Positions 37,109-51,446 of a DNA stretch of 64,000 nucleotides are shown in pieces; the first letter of the stretch is position 1; the number at the start of each line of letters is the position of its first letter. The DNA comes from Octopus sinensis. Lineage: Eukaryota. The notes beneath the pieces were generated by a model, which saw nothing but the letters and a program-made list of their open reading frames with translations, had not been told where the DNA came from and did not search any database. The position numbers and the translations under genes were made by a program. The stretch is from contig NC_043001.1 in assembly GCF_006345805.1 (NCBI RefSeq), forward strand, positions 22,568,001 to 22,632,000, given 5' to 3'.

Positions 37109-38123
37109 TTCATATTTTTAATGTCTATAATATTTTAAAGATATTTCTTTCAGATCAGTCTTACATATTAGAGCTATATACTTGAAAATTTTTCAAACAA
37201 TCCAAAAAAGATATAAATTAAATATTGAGCCAACAGTTACACATGTTCTCAAAGAACAAAACTACATTTCTCTCAGGTACTAGGTAGCAAACCAATATCC
37301 ACACCAATTTATCAGATAAGTACAATCCAACATAAAATTTCAAATCAGTGACACAGGAAACTGTGGAAAAATGCTTTGTTCTTTTCACAATCCAACCTAT
37401 AAACTAAATAGTGAATAATCTTTGGATGCTTCTTTTTATTAAATATAGATTTCCAGAGTATATGATCTGGCAGTTAAATATCACCAAAATCATGGAAAAC
37501 ACCCATATCTTATGCTCTCACTAGTATTTCTAAATCATAAAGCAATACAGATATATTTTAAATTTCTCCAAACCATTCCCACTTTATGAGTGAAATCGAT
37601 CAACATCAATGGAAATTGTAGTTGTGATACCAGTGCCAGTGGCACATAAGAGAATCATCCAAACGTGGTCATTGCCAGCGCCGCCCCAACTGGCCTCCGT
37701 GCCGGTGGCACGTAAAAAGCACCATCCAATCGTGGCCGTTGCCAGCCTCGTTTGGCACCTGTGCCGGTGGCACATAAAAAGCACCCACTATACTCATGGA
37801 GTGGTTGGCGTTAGGAAGGGCATCCAGCTGTAGAAACACTGCCAGATCAGACTGGGCCTGTGCAGCCTTCTGGCTTCCCAGACCCCAGTTAAACCGTCCA
37901 ACCCATGCTAGCATGGAAAGCGGACGTTAAACGATAATGATGATGATTTGTTGTGCAGCAGATATTTTCCATGTGTACACCCACATAAAAACACGAGTGC
38001 ATACACACATAATATGCTCATCAGCTAAACAGAAACTGATTGACAAGAGCTACAATATACTGATAGATTAACATCATAGTAAGTAATTTACAGAGTACAA
38101 TTTTTTAAAAAGTTTATGGTGTA

Positions 38124-38165
<42 letters not shown>

Positions 38166-38166
<1 letters not shown>

Positions 38167-39354
38167 GAGGGACGTTCAATAAGTAATGCCACTGACCCAC
38201 TTGCAGTTTGATCTAGCTGAAATTTTGCATGTGCAATCATTTATATCTCTATAGAGTAAGTGGCAAATTACAGCTCTGAATTAATTGTGGTTTCTGATTT
38301 ACAGGTGAAATGAAAGTAACTTATGGTGATGATGCCCCATCATATGACCTTGTAAAACGCTGGCATCGTGAATTCAAACATAGTCGGAACTCTGTGGAAA
38401 CAGCTCCCAGATCTGTTCGCCCCCTTCTGCCATTGATGAGGCATCTGTCCGTCAAGTTGAGGCTGCCATTTTGGAAGATCGATGCATAATTATTCGCCAA
38501 ATAGCCCATGAGGTCTAGATTAGTACCGGGTCTGTGAAAACTATCATTCATGACCATTTGCATATGCAAAAGGTGTCTGCCAGATGGATTCCCAGGTTGC
38601 TCACGCCTTTCCAGAAGCAAGAACACGTCGAGTGCTCGAGGGTGAATTTGGAGATGTGCCAAAAAGATGAGTCAAAATTTTTCAAAAGACTGATTACACA
38701 GGATGAAACCTGGGTCCATCACGATGATCCAGAGACCAAATCCCAGTCAATGCAGTGGAAGCACCGTGACTCACCCCCTCCAAAGAAGGCAAGGGTGCAG
38801 CCCTCCGCTGGCAAGGTCATGCTCACAGTCTTCTGGGACCAGGACCGAGTAGTGATGACAGATTTCCTGGCAAAGGGTACCACAATTGCAGGAGCCTATT
38901 ATGCTTCACTTTTGAGGAAATTAAGAGAAGTTATCAAAATCAAGAGGCGGGGCAAGATCAGTAAAGGCATCCTCCTCCTGCAGGACAATGCTCCGGTCCA
39001 CAACTCGCTTGTCGCCAGATCAGAAGCACAGGCATATGGCTATGAACTCCTCCCTATCCCCCCTACTTTCCTGACCTTGCACCCTCTGATTTTCACCTCT
39101 TCCCAATCATGAAGTTGTTTTTGAAAGGAAAGTGTTTCCCAGATGATGCAGCCTTGATTTCTGAAGTTACGTTGAGGTTGGAGGACCAAGCTGGGTTCTT
39201 CTACAAAACCGGTCTCCAGAGCCGCATCAAACGATGGGAGAAATGCGTAACTCTGGGTGGCTCCTATGTAGAAAAAGACTAATAACTGTGCCAAGTTTCG
39301 TTGCTCTACTGCTATGGGAAGTGGGTCAGGGGCATTACTTATTGAACGCCCCTC

Positions 39355-39355
<1 letters not shown>
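38166..39355 (+). mobile_element. Full-length defective mariner (DD34D) DNA transposon
   Basis: About 37-bp TIRs (cgagggacgttcaataagtaatgccactgacccactt / reverse complement at the right end, 2 mismatches); TA target inside (TA)n; 1190 bp. Confidence 0.96.
38310..39282 (+). pseudogene. Mariner transposase pseudogene
   Basis: Motifs WIPRLL, ITQDETW, DPETK, PSAGKVMLTVFWD, QDNAPVH and frameshifted PYFPDLAPSDFHLF; stops and frameshifts present. Confidence 0.95.
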
Positions 39356-39398
<43 letters not shown>

Positions 39399-39893
39399 GT
39401 ATATGTGTCTTTGTCCCTCCCCCCCTATCACTGCTTGACTACTGGTGTTGGTTGTTTATGTCCTGGTAACTTAACAGTTTGGTAAAAGAGACCAATAGAA
39501 TAAGTATTAGGCTTTAAAAATAAGTCTTGGGGTCAATTTGTTGGACTAATTGTTGGGCTAAAAAACCCTTCGAAGGTGGTGCTCCAGCATGGCTGCAGTC
39601 AAATGACTGAAACAAGTAAAAGAATAAAAGACTATTTCATGAATGTTATTATTTCCATGAGCATCTTTTAATTTACTTCACAGGTTTAGGGAAAGATAAC
39701 ATGTCAGGAATTGTAGCACCAAATACGAAAACAACAAGGATACATGCTCACGATGAGATAATACTTGTCAAGTATTGCCTTCTATTTATAGAGACATTTC
39801 TTGGGTGTTACCAGGAATATGCATGTCCATACTGCTGTTATTGTTTTAACCCAGGGTCATAAATTTGTTGATTAGGTCAACCTTGATCGAACA

Positions 39894-40118
39894 TACTTTA
39901 GCATTCAGATTATTCTGTCAAAAAGGTAACACTTTTTCATTCAAATTGTTTTTAATTAATCTTGTATTATTTTGCAGCTTTGAAATTTTGATGATCTGAC
40001 TGTATATTTTATAATGGCATTGTAGGGTTGGTGTGAGAGACCAGATCTGGCCAGTCTGAACATAAAACAGGAAGCATATTTGGGCTGGATATGGCCGGTT
40101 TAAATGCTAAAGGGTTAA
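39894..40118. mobile_element. piggyBac-type MITE family B
   Basis: tttagcatt...aatgctaaagggTTAA termini. Confidence 0.65.
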
Positions 40119-41979
40119 AGGCATTCCAGCTTTTATCATCCTATCCTGTTCTTTTGTGTGGGGAACCCAAGATCATGTTATCCAACAAGTTGAGATTTGG
40201 TAGCTATTTCTAGCAGGTTGAACAGGTCGTGTTTAGCTTCCTTCTCTGATTTGGATACATTAATTATATCTAGTAAAGGTTCCTTTTCAGAAGCATTTGG
40301 CTTTTGTAAACAGTTAATCCCAGTCCATGACTTAGCTGTTTTTATCTCTAAAAAGAAAGCTCATCTTTTTTATGCAGTTTTGTGCAGTGTGTGAGCTTCC
40401 CAATAGGTTTGCTGTTTATTCCCAGTCAAGTACCCCTATGATCAAAGGCATTCCAACTGTAACCCTTCCTGATTTTTTTAGAAGTATGCAGAGCCACAAT
40501 ATTTTACATATCCTTTACTTATTTAAAATGTTTGGTTGTGATTTGAAGGAGACTTCACTATTATTTCTAGCAGATCATGTAACCATATTAAGGCTCTATC
40601 GTTCACTCATCAAGATGAACCTGTCAAAGGGTTCTAGCTTTAATTTTTTTGAGGTGTGATTATTCATGAGATGGTACAGTGTTGAGATTAGTTTTCTTTG
40701 TAGGTGTAATGGGGTGTACTGTGTTTTGAACTGTTGAAGGGGACCAAGTTTAATTTCACTGGTCTTGGAGGGCTTGGCTAAAGCCATGACCACAGTCCCT
40801 TCCTCCAGACTAAGCCTCACACCTGCCAAAAATTAGTAAGGACCTCATTGAAGATGTTTTGAGGTCCCTATCTTTACAAAATTAGCCAGGGATTTGGATG
40901 TTCATCCTTCATAGAAAAGGGTCAAGGAATGTAAACTGCAGAAGAAAATATGAATACAAGTTACTGAGCTCTAGGATTGAAACGTGAGAGAAAGTACAAA
41001 AGACAGCTCTGCCAATAGATGTTCATGAAAGTATTGTGAGGTAGCGTTACCATTTTACATCCACTTTTACATGCTGGCATGGGTTGGATGGGTTGTTATT
41101 GTCTGAGTCAATTCTTCTTTTGAGTTACTGCTCTCTTAGACTGGTTAGGGACCATGTCTTGTTTGTACATTCCATTTTTGGTGTGGTTTCAGTAATTGAA
41201 GGCCTTTTCCATCACTAACCCCTTATTAGTGATATGTTGTTTCCGTTCATTTACCAAACACTTTACAAAGTGTACTAGGAGTATTGTATCATGGTACCTG
41301 CACTAAAGAGGTTTTGTAGTTCCTGGCAAAGTAAAAGAATGTTCCCTCTGTCTCCTTACGTCTCTGTATATACACTTGTTTTCTTTCTCACACAACTAGG
41401 CCGAAAGCAGGCAAGAATGAGAGGGAAATAGAACATTAAGTAATGACAGAGAACCAGAATGACATCATTATCATATTGTCTTCATGGTAATCATCCTAAT
41501 TTTATGTTGACTTCTCTGTGTTTGCATGGATCGGATGGCACCTCTCCAGTACAGCATCCTATCATTTGTTGCATTCCTTTGTCCTTCTAAGATCAGCTTA
41601 ACATATATATATATAAATAAAATAAATGCACCCTTTTTAAAGCCTAGCCAGGCTCATGGGCCCAGTTTCCTGGTTTCTATGGCATATGAGTTCCCCAGCT
41701 GGACGGGACGCCAGTCCATTGCAGCGTTACTCATTTTTGCCAGCTGAGGGAACTGGAGCAACATGAAATGAAGTGTTTTGCTCAAGAACACAACGCGTCG
41801 CCTGGTACAGGAATCGAAACCACAATCTTACAATCATGATGCTGATGCCCTAACCACAAAGCCACGCACCTCCACACACACGTGTGTGTGTGTAATATCT
41901 CCTACTAAATGTGCTGAGTGCCCTTTTCTTTTGTTTGTCCACTCACTTGTATATATATATATAATATATATATATATAT

Positions 41980-42900
41980 ATGCACCCACTACACTCACGG
42001 AGTGGTTGGCGTTAGGAAGGGCATCCAGCTGTAGAAACATTGCCAGATAAGACTGGAGCCTGGTGCAGCCTTCTGGCTTCCCAGATCCCCGGTCGAACTG
42101 TCCAACCCATGCCAGCATGGAGAACGGACGTTAAACGATGATGATGATGATGATGATGATATATATATATATATATTGGCCTCCGTGCTGTGGGCACGTA
42201 ACAAACACCATCCGATCGTGGCCGTTCGCCAGCCTCATCTGGCACCTATGTCGGTGGCACATAAAAACACCATCCGAAGACCCGGCAAGACTAGTCAGGC
42301 CATAACCCGTGGCCCTTACCTGGGACATAGTCAGTCCACCTGTGCTTACCTTCCTTCTTGTGACACTTGTGAAGACCTGTTGAGGCAAGTGAAAATCAAA
42401 ACAATCAAAATAGATGAACATCAATGGAATTTGTATCTTTGTGGTACCAGTGCCGGTGGCACGTGGCACACAAGAAAACCATCCGAACGTGGCCGTAGCC
42501 AGTACCGCATCGACTGGCCTCTGTGCTGTGGGCACATAACAAACACCATCCGATCGTGGCCGTTTGCCAGCCTCATCTGGCACCTGTGTCGGTGGCACAT
42601 AAAAACACCATCCGAGCGTGGCCATCTGCCAGCCTCGTCTGGCACTTGTGTCGGTGGCACATAAAAAACACCATCCGAGCGTGGCCGTTTGCCAGCCTCA
42701 TCTGGCACCTGTGTCGGTGGCACATAAAATCACCCACTACACTCTCGGAGTGGTTGGCGTTAGGAAGGGCATCCAGCTGTAGAAACACTGCCAGATCTGA
42801 CTGGACTGGTGCAGCTTTCGGGCTCCCCAGACCCCAGTTGAACCGTCCAACCCATGCTAGCATGGAAAGCGGACGTTAAATGATGATGATGATGATGATG
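41980..42900 (+). mobile_element. Two chained RTE 3' ends, the second with two arrays
   Basis: Tail ends at 42160, then (TA)n, then 3' UTR units and a second tail ending at 42900. Confidence 0.85.
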
Positions 42901-43120
42901 ATATACATATATTATATATATATACATATATTATATATATATATATATATAATATATATATATATATATTATATATATATATATATATTTATATCTATAG
43001 CTATATCTATATGTATACATGTATATATATATGTGTGTGTGTATGTATATATATGTGTGTGTATATATATGTATATACATACAAATACACACATACACAC
43101 ACACTTGCACATACACACAA
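42900..43120. repeat. Compound (TA)n/(TG)n/(CA)n microsatellite
   Basis: Direct reading. Confidence 0.95.
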
Positions 43121-45339
43121 TACATATAAAGAGTATGAGTGTGACTTGATTAAGTGGTTAAAAAGCTCACTTAACAATCATGAGATTCTGGGTTTGATTC
43201 TATTGTTGGTTTCTTGAGCAATGTTTCCTCTCAGCTGTCAGTAATGAGCATTCTCCTTTCTCCCTCTTAATCACTCTTCTTAAGTGCTTACTTGCACACA
43301 TGCACTCATGCTCACATGCACATATGCATGCATGTACACATACATGTGCACATGTAAGCTGTTGGCTTTTATGTAGGTTTTACTGGTTTACACTTCAAGC
43401 GGATATTATCAAGAAACAAACATATTAATGTAAACACTGCCAATTAAAAATATAAACTTGATTATATTACAATATTATGTGACCAAGACATCAGTAGAAT
43501 CTGTATTTCTCTGGCCTTGACTATGCTGTTGATCTTCCCTTCACAGCCCATCAACTGCGTGATTCTCAAAGCTTGTTAATGTCCTTTGAGAGCACTACAA
43601 CCAAGGCCAGTCTATTTTCCAATGCAAAGAAAAGCGAGTACACGATCGTCAGAGAAGATGAATGCCATTTACTAATTTGATTCAATGGTGGCACACAGTT
43701 CAAGGAAATCAGTGATTTTAAGTTCCTTGGTTTCTATGTTGTTGGCAGTAAGAAAGACTTACTGATACTAATATATAATGGAATTTGTAGCTGTGATACC
43801 AGTGCCGGTGGCATGTAAGAGGACCATCCGGATGTGGCCATAGCCAGCGCCACCCTGATTGGCTTCCGTGCCGGTGGCACGTAAAAAGCACCATCTGACC
43901 GTGGCTGTTGGCAGCTTCGTCTGGTCTCCATGCCGGTGGTACGTAAAAAGCACCATCTGGTCATGGCCGTTTGCCAGCCTCATCTGGCACCTGTGCCTGT
44001 GACACATAAAAAGCACCCACTACACTCTCGGAGTGGTTGGAGTTAGGAAGGGCATCCAGCCGTAGAATCACTGCCAGATCAGACTGAGCCTGGTGCAGCC
44101 TTCTGGCTTCCCAGACCCCAGTTGAACCATCCAACCCATGCTAGCATGGAAAACAGACGTTAAACGATGATGATGATGATGATGATGATGATAAATGATA
44201 GCACATTGGTTGCAAACTTCCTGATAACCTGACATAATTTTCTATAGTTCACTTTTAGCAGTTAGCAAGTGGGGCCTAAGGGAGGATCATACTGATATGC
44301 ATATTTTTTTCGTTTTGTACTTGACTATCCAATGAAGCTTTGAAATGCTAATTCTTTGTACATCATCTTTGCATTCTCCTCCCATTCATCAGTCCTTTAC
44401 ATCCACTATTAATTGAACTGGTTAGCAACACTGCATTTCTCTCTGTGAATCCATAAACTATGTTTTCTTATCAGTGCAGCTAAATGTTCTCGAATCTGAT
44501 TTTCAAGTCTTCCTTAATTAGTTTTACAGTTGTATTCCTTTGTCCTCTTGAGATCAACTTAACACACCACACACACACACACACACACACAATATCTCCT
44601 ACTAAATGTGTTGAGTGTCCTTTTCTTTTTCAAGTCTTCCTTAATTTAGTTTTACAGTTGTTACCTTCAACTATCAATTCACAGAACACTGTTATCTAAC
44701 ACACAACAGTTAAGCAAGTTATTAAAAACTGAAACCCATCAGTAACTTTTGGGGATATCCTGTACACACCAATTGTGCTATACACACAGACTTCATTTGA
44801 CTGTTTGTATTGAAATTAATTTAACAAAACCAGCATCGCCTTACTACCAGCATCGCTTTACTGGCACTTGAGCCCCGTGCTAGTAGGGTGCTAAGAACAT
44901 TATCCAAGCATGATCGTTGCCAGAGCGGCTAACTGGTTTCTGTGCCGGTGGCACGTAAAAGGCACCATTCGAGCATGATTGTTACCGGCATCGCCTACTG
45001 GCACCTGTGCCAGTGGCATGTGTAAAAAGATTCGAGCAAGGTCATTGCCAGAACCTCCTGACTGGCTCCTGTGCTGGTGGCACATAAAAAGCACCAACTA
45101 CACTCTTGGAGTGGTTGGCGTTAGGAAGGGCACCCAGCTGTAGAAACTCTGCCAGATCAAGATTGAAGCCTGGTGCAGCCATCTGGTTGGCCAGCCCTCA
45201 GTCAAATGGAAAGTGGACGTTAAATGATGATGATGATGAAAAGATTCTTGTAGTGATGACGATGAATTTGAAAGTACATCAAAGGATGAGATTCAAAATA
45301 TAGATTCTGCATCTATATCTTTTTCATCTCATCTTCTTC

Positions 45340-45720
45340 ACCCACTTATTCCAGGGAGGGTCATGGGGACAGAGTCCACAAGCATGCTTCCCATCAGGTC
45401 CTGTCAAAAGCAACTGTCTCCAATGGATTTGGCAGAATCCCCTAATAAGATCAATGAAGTTCATAAATGTTATCCAACCATCTTTTTAGCAATCTATCCT
45501 GAGTCTTCTGCCAGTTAGTTTTTGTTCGTAAAACCTGTCCAGTGATTCTTTCCTGAGACATTCTTACCACTTGCCTGAAGTATCAGAGCTGTGATCTCTC
45601 AATAGTAGTGGCTCTACCTGGAGTGCCTCTCTGTTCTCTGAATTATACACTCTGCTAAGTAACATTAGTTCAAAGATCCTTTGGAGGAATCCCATTTCTG
45701 CTGTTTGTATTATAACTCTT
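45340..45720 (-). mobile_element. Expander/Rex3-like RTE LINE 3' fragment
   Basis: Relic IERSQL*YFRQVVRMSQER...RWLDNI. Confidence 0.6.
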
Positions 45721-45769
45721 ATTACCAAAAACTGTCTGCTGAAGAAAATTTCTGCAGTAGGTATTTTTT

Positions 45770-46172
45770 AATCTACTAATTGTTTCAGTCATTGGTCTGT
45801 GGCCATGCTGGGGCATTGCCTCGAAGAATTTTTAATTGAATGAATTAACACCATTACTTATTTTTTTAAAGCCTGGTACTTATTCTATTGGTCACTTTTG
45901 GCAAACTGCTAAGTTACAGAGATGTAAACACACCAACACTGGTTGTCAAGTGGTGGTGAGGGACAAACACACATTCACACACAAACAGATATATATATAT
46001 ATATATATATGACAGATTTCTTTCAGTTTCTGTCTGCCAAATCCACTCCACTCACAAGGCTTTGGTTGGCCCAACTCAATAATTGAAGACAGTTGCCCAA
46101 GGTGCTACATAGTGGGACTGAACCTAGAACCATGTGACTGAGAAGTAAGCTTGTAATCCTACAGCTATGGCT
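45770..46172 (-). mobile_element. tRNA-derived SINE family 1
   Basis: Reverse-complement copy. Confidence 0.85.
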
Positions 46173-47799
46173 GTGTGTCTTTAAGAATATAAAAAAGAAG
46201 CTGGCAAGCTGACAGAAATGTTAGCACGCCGGGCGAAATTCTTAGCAGTATTTTGTCTGCCGCTACATTCTGAGTTCAAATTCCGCTGAGGTCGACTTAG
46301 CTGTTCATCCTTTTGGAGTCGATTAAATAAGTACCAGTTACACACTGGGGTCGATGTAATCGACTTAATCCCTTTGTCTGTCCTTGTTTGTCCCCTCTGT
46401 GTGTTGCCCCTTGTGGGCAATAAAGAAATAAGAATGTAAATATTGTCAATTAATTTCATAGGTCTACAACAAAAAAAAAAACTAAATACATCAAAAATGA
46501 AAAATGGAGTAGGGTCATGAATTGCATTTAATCAATGATTGTAAGACAAGATGGAAAAGTTTATAGCAATATTAGGCTGATTCTAATTCCCTAAAAACAA
46601 TATTAGTTTTTAGTTATATAGCCAGGAATTCTCAGGTAACAGAATACAATTCTGGAAATTTCTGAAGGCATTTTTAACCAAATTTTCTATTAATTTGGGG
46701 CCCAGGGAACCCAGAAGAGAAACCCTCTTTGTATCACAAATGTTTTACAAATGTAAACAATACAATTTCATTGATAGTTTTGCCCAAATTTACAGTAATT
46801 TCATTTTTTAGTTTCGTTATTGTTTCAATAAGGAATTTAAAATTTAAAATCATACCATCTCTAATTAACTTAAACAATTCAATTTGTTTCAAATGGTTAA
46901 CAGAATTTCTTTTCAAAATTTTGCCAAATAAGCTTTATACAATCTAGCATCAAAATTCGAAACAGTATATTATATTCAAAGAACTTTGTAACTGTATGAC
47001 AATAATTCTTACTTTCATTTGACCTTTGAATTTCACTCTTTAGCATTTAAACTGGCCATATACAGCCTAAATATTCTACCTGTTTTATGTTCAAACTACC
47101 CAGATCTGGTTTCCCTCACCTACCCTAAAATATCATGTTAAATTCAAACAATCACATACTCTTTACTTGTTTCAGTCATTTGACTGTGGCCATGCTGGAG
47201 CACCGCCTTTAGTCGAGAAAATCGATCCCAAGACTTATTCTTTGTAAGCCTAGTACTTATTCTAAGCTTAGAACTATTGAGAAATCTGCAGTTACTCTAT
47301 CCAAATTACAAGTTCAGGTTTATACCTGTAATTATTAGGCCCTGGATATGTAACACACTGCCTAAATACCAATCGTAGAGAAATTAGGCTTTTCAAAAGC
47401 AGAAAGAAGAAAGCTAATTCGAAGATTACAGATCCAATCCATCATTGGAACTGTAAAAATCTGTAAAACTTCCCAGAAGTTTATCATTTAAATATATATA
47501 TATGAGCACATATAGATATGCAACTATATGCATGAGAATAAAAATAAAATGCGCCAGTTTCAATAGCGTATGTGTTCCCCAGCCAGACGGGAAGCCAGTT
47601 CATCGCAGTGTTACTCATTTTTGCCAGCTGAGTGGACTGGAGCAACATGAAATGAAGGGTTTTGCTCAAGAACACAACGCGTCGCCCGGTCCAGGAATCG
47701 AAATCACAATCTTACGATCATGATGCTAACACCCTAACCATCAAGCCACGTGCCTCCACTTATGCATGAGAATACATACATAAAATATATACATCTGCA

Positions 47800-49106
47800 C
47801 ATACATACATACACACATACATACATACATACATACATACATACATACATACATACATACATACATACATGCATACATGCATGCAAACATACAATCATAC
47901 ATACATACATACAAATAAACAAACTAACAAGCAAACAAAAATACCCTGTTGTTGATGTTGAAATTCCAATGAAGAAGCCTTGGATCTAGGCTAGAAATCA
48001 GTTCTTTATTGGCAAGAAATCTTGAAATAAGCTGAATAATGATATACATTCATACATACATACATGCATACATACATACATACATACATACTGCCAGTAC
48101 TACCTGACTGGCCCTCATGCCCGTGGCACGTAAAAGCACCCACTACACTCTTGGAGTGGTTGGCATTAGGAAGGGCATCCAGCTGTAGAAACTCTGCCAG
48201 ATCAGATTGGAGTCTGATGCAGCCATCTGGTTCGCCAGTCCTCAGTCAAATCGTCCAACCCATGCTAGCATGGAAAGCGGATGTTAAACGATGATGATGA
48301 TGATGATGATATATGCATTCATACATACATACATACATACATACATACATACATACATACATACATACATACATACATACAAAGGTACATGCATACATAC
48401 AAAGTTAAGTACATACATACATACATGCATACATACATATATATATATCTTCAAATGAAGCCTTTTGAAATATTTGCTCTGCACTGATTTACAGACACTT
48501 CCTTGCACATTTGCCAATGGAAATGCAATCTACTGTGTGATTGGCTCACTGGAAACTTGTAACCGGTAACCTATTATTCATCAACTACAATATAAAATTA
48601 AATAAATAACTGACTTCTCTTATTATATAGGTCACATGAATTATTAAAAAAAAAAATTATACCTTTTCATTTAAAATGGCATTGTTAAAGTTATTTAGAG
48701 TACTGAGTTTCTTAAGCTGTTATGAGATGATAGCAAGAAATAAGAAAGAAAAAAATTATTTAGAAGGCAGCAGCTTTACTAGCTTGGTTTTCAAAATCCA
48801 ATGAAACAGCATAAAAAGATAACGAGAAAACAGGAAATTACTGGTGATAAGGAAGTTTTCTTTGAGTGGAATGGTTTGCTGAAATTATGGTAGTTTAGCA
48901 TTGCAGATAGGCAATTGTGATTCAGTTTTATCATTTGTGTTTACAAAATTGTTATATAACAGAACAGGTGTAGAAGGAAGGACTTAACAGTATTATTCAC
49001 ACACTCACACATACTTGATATGTACTTGTTTACATGTTCAGCCTGTCAGCTGTGGCCATGCTGGAGTGCTGTTGTTAGGCAATGGTCACAATGGATCACT
49101 GCCTGC

Positions 49107-49137
<31 letters not shown>

Positions 49138-49183
49138 TGTATGTATCTGTGTGTGTGTATGTATGTATCTGTGTGTGTGTGTA

Positions 49184-49267
<84 letters not shown>
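47800..49267. repeat. Cluster of (CATA)n/(TATG)n and (TG)n microsatellites
   Basis: 47800-47910, 48040-48090, 48320-48440 and 49108-49267. Confidence 0.95.
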
Positions 49268-49269
<2 letters not shown>

Positions 49270-49329
49270 CCTCTTCTATTTTTTTAATTATTATAAATCT
49301 TCCACTGAGGAAGGAGCTAGTTTTCAACA

Positions 49330-50700
49330 AAGACATAAGGCTCCATCTTTGGGATGTAGTTTACACAGACAAATTCACATTCGGAACTTGAGAAAAGTCT
49401 TGCACATTTTTACTGTTCCACTCACAGATTGCTCTTGTAATATACAAATTAGCCAGTCGATTTCTCTTTCTGAAAATCCGAGTTTATCCAGATTATCCTT
49501 TAAGCATTTACTAACAAAACCTAGTGCTCCAATTATTATTGGTATGAATATGAATTCATAGTCTGGATATAGAAACTGGAGGTTTTGAAACAGTTGTCCA
49601 TACTTGACCTCTTTTTCTTTGATTTTCAAACATTGAGCCTCACAGAGGCAATGACAGGAGACCGAGACCTTTGGAGATATACTGTGATTGAGAAGATTCG
49701 GTGCCTATAGAGAGCTCGCAGCCATGGCCAACGCTAGTGTTGCATGTCTGGCCCATTTAAGAGTACCCCTGATGAGTCAGGTGATATGATATACCTGAGA
49801 AGACCTGTTGAGTCAGGTAAAACCAAAATTGTAGCTGTGAGTGTCCCCTAACTGGCTTCCATGCCAGTGGCACATAAAAAGCACCATCTGAATGTGATTG
49901 ATACCAGGACCACCTGACTGGTGGCACGTAAAAAGCACCATCCAAATGTGACTGATGCCAGTATCCCCTGACTGGCTCCCATACCAGTGGCACATAAAAA
50001 GCACCATCCGAACATGGCTGATGCCAGTACTCCCTGACTGGCTCCTGTGCTGGCAGCATGTAAAAAGCACTATCTGACTGGCTCCCGTGCCAGTGGAACA
50101 TAAAAAGCACTATCTGAATGTGATCAGTGCTAGGATCACCTGACTGGCTCCTGTGCCGGTGGCACATAAAAAGCACCCACTACATTCTCAGAGTGGTTGG
50201 TGTTAGGAAGGGCATCCAGCTGTAGAATTATTGCCAGATTAGATTGGAGCCTGGTGCAGCTGCTAGCTCTCCAGACCTCAATCAAACTGTCCAACCCATG
50301 CCAGCATGGAAAATGGACGTTAAACAATGATGATGATTGATATATGCAGGGCAGCTGACCTCTATGATGGCACATACCTTTGCCCCTCTGTCCCAAACAA
50401 TAATATCTGACCTGTTGTCTTTACATTTGACCGAAGTTTTGATGGGAATATTCCACCAGTATTCCTTGAGTTTGTGTTTATGAATATATTCCATAACAGA
50501 GGGATTTTCCAAGTTTATTTCAGGATAGTCTTTTTTGCAGATGGCATTGTAAATTGTTTTAGCAATATCGTGCCGCATAGGGAGGTAGTACCATGATGAC
50601 ATTTTAGGACAGCTGCTAATCACATGCGTGATGTCCTCCACAGAAATACGACTTAGCCTACACATGCAGTTACATCTTGGGATAACATCCAGCACTGAAT
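49330..50700 (-). mobile_element. REL-endonuclease LINE (R2/R4/NeSL group) 3' fragment
   Basis: CCHC finger CRLS...EDITHVISSC, RHD, RSDIIVWD...IEVSCP; C-terminus KYGQL...IPIIIGALG at 49375-49629. Confidence 0.85.
49630..50345 (+). mobile_element. RTE 3' end (about 6 units) inserted into a REL-LINE
   Basis: Array of ggcacataaaaagcacc units plus tail; splits the REL ORF relic. Confidence 0.85.
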
Positions 50701-51446
50701 CAAAAAGAAGGCTGTTCAGATGATTGGTAGATGTTCAATCATGAATATGATTCAATTAGTAGCTCACAAGAACACAGTTTTATTACTAATATGGTTTTGG
50801 TTCCTGTTCTTTTCAACTAGTACTAAAGTCCACTCATGTGATCTGTCTCTCCCGCTCTTATCCTTACTGTGTGTTACATCTCATAACTACATTAAACACA
50901 TTTTCATGAGCCATCCTCTTCTAAACAGGGTCTCTCTGGAATTCCTCTCCAACCCACTTTATTTCTACTGACACTGACCAGTAGATGTTGAAACTGAACA
51001 CCAACAGTTAACAACATAGTTAAATCCTTGGGAGGGCATCAACCTGTAGAAAATCTGCATCAATAAGCTCCATCCATTCCATGCAAACATGGAAAGTTAA
51101 CATTTAAACAATGGTTACAATGATATACATTATTCTCTTATGTTAAATTGTACTTGTGATACCTGTGCTGGTGGCACGTAAAATGCACCATCCAAACGTG
51201 GCCGATGCCAGCGCCGCCTTGACTGGCTTCCATGCAGGTGGCATGTAAAAAGCACCAACCGATCGTGGTAACACTGCCAGATCAGACTGGAGCCTAGTGC
51301 AGCTTCCTGGCTTCCCAGACCCCAGTTGAACTGTCCAACCCATGCTAGCATGGAAAACGGATGTCAAACGATGATGATGATGATGATGTTAAAAGACCAC
51401 AACAACAACAATAACAGCAAGGTCCTGGTACCTTTTTTTTTTTTTA

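Noticed and set aside
40200-40900. Several 65-95 aa ORFs in non-microsatellite DNA
   Set aside because: Frames are interrupted on both strands with no motif I can name; probably an old LINE relic, left unannotated.
49769-49806. CTGATGAG-TCAGGT...ACCTGA-GAAG hammerhead-like motif
   Set aside because: It has GAAG instead of GAAA, no stem III or NUH, and lies in a diverged RTE 3' UTR whose other copies lack the motif; likely chance.
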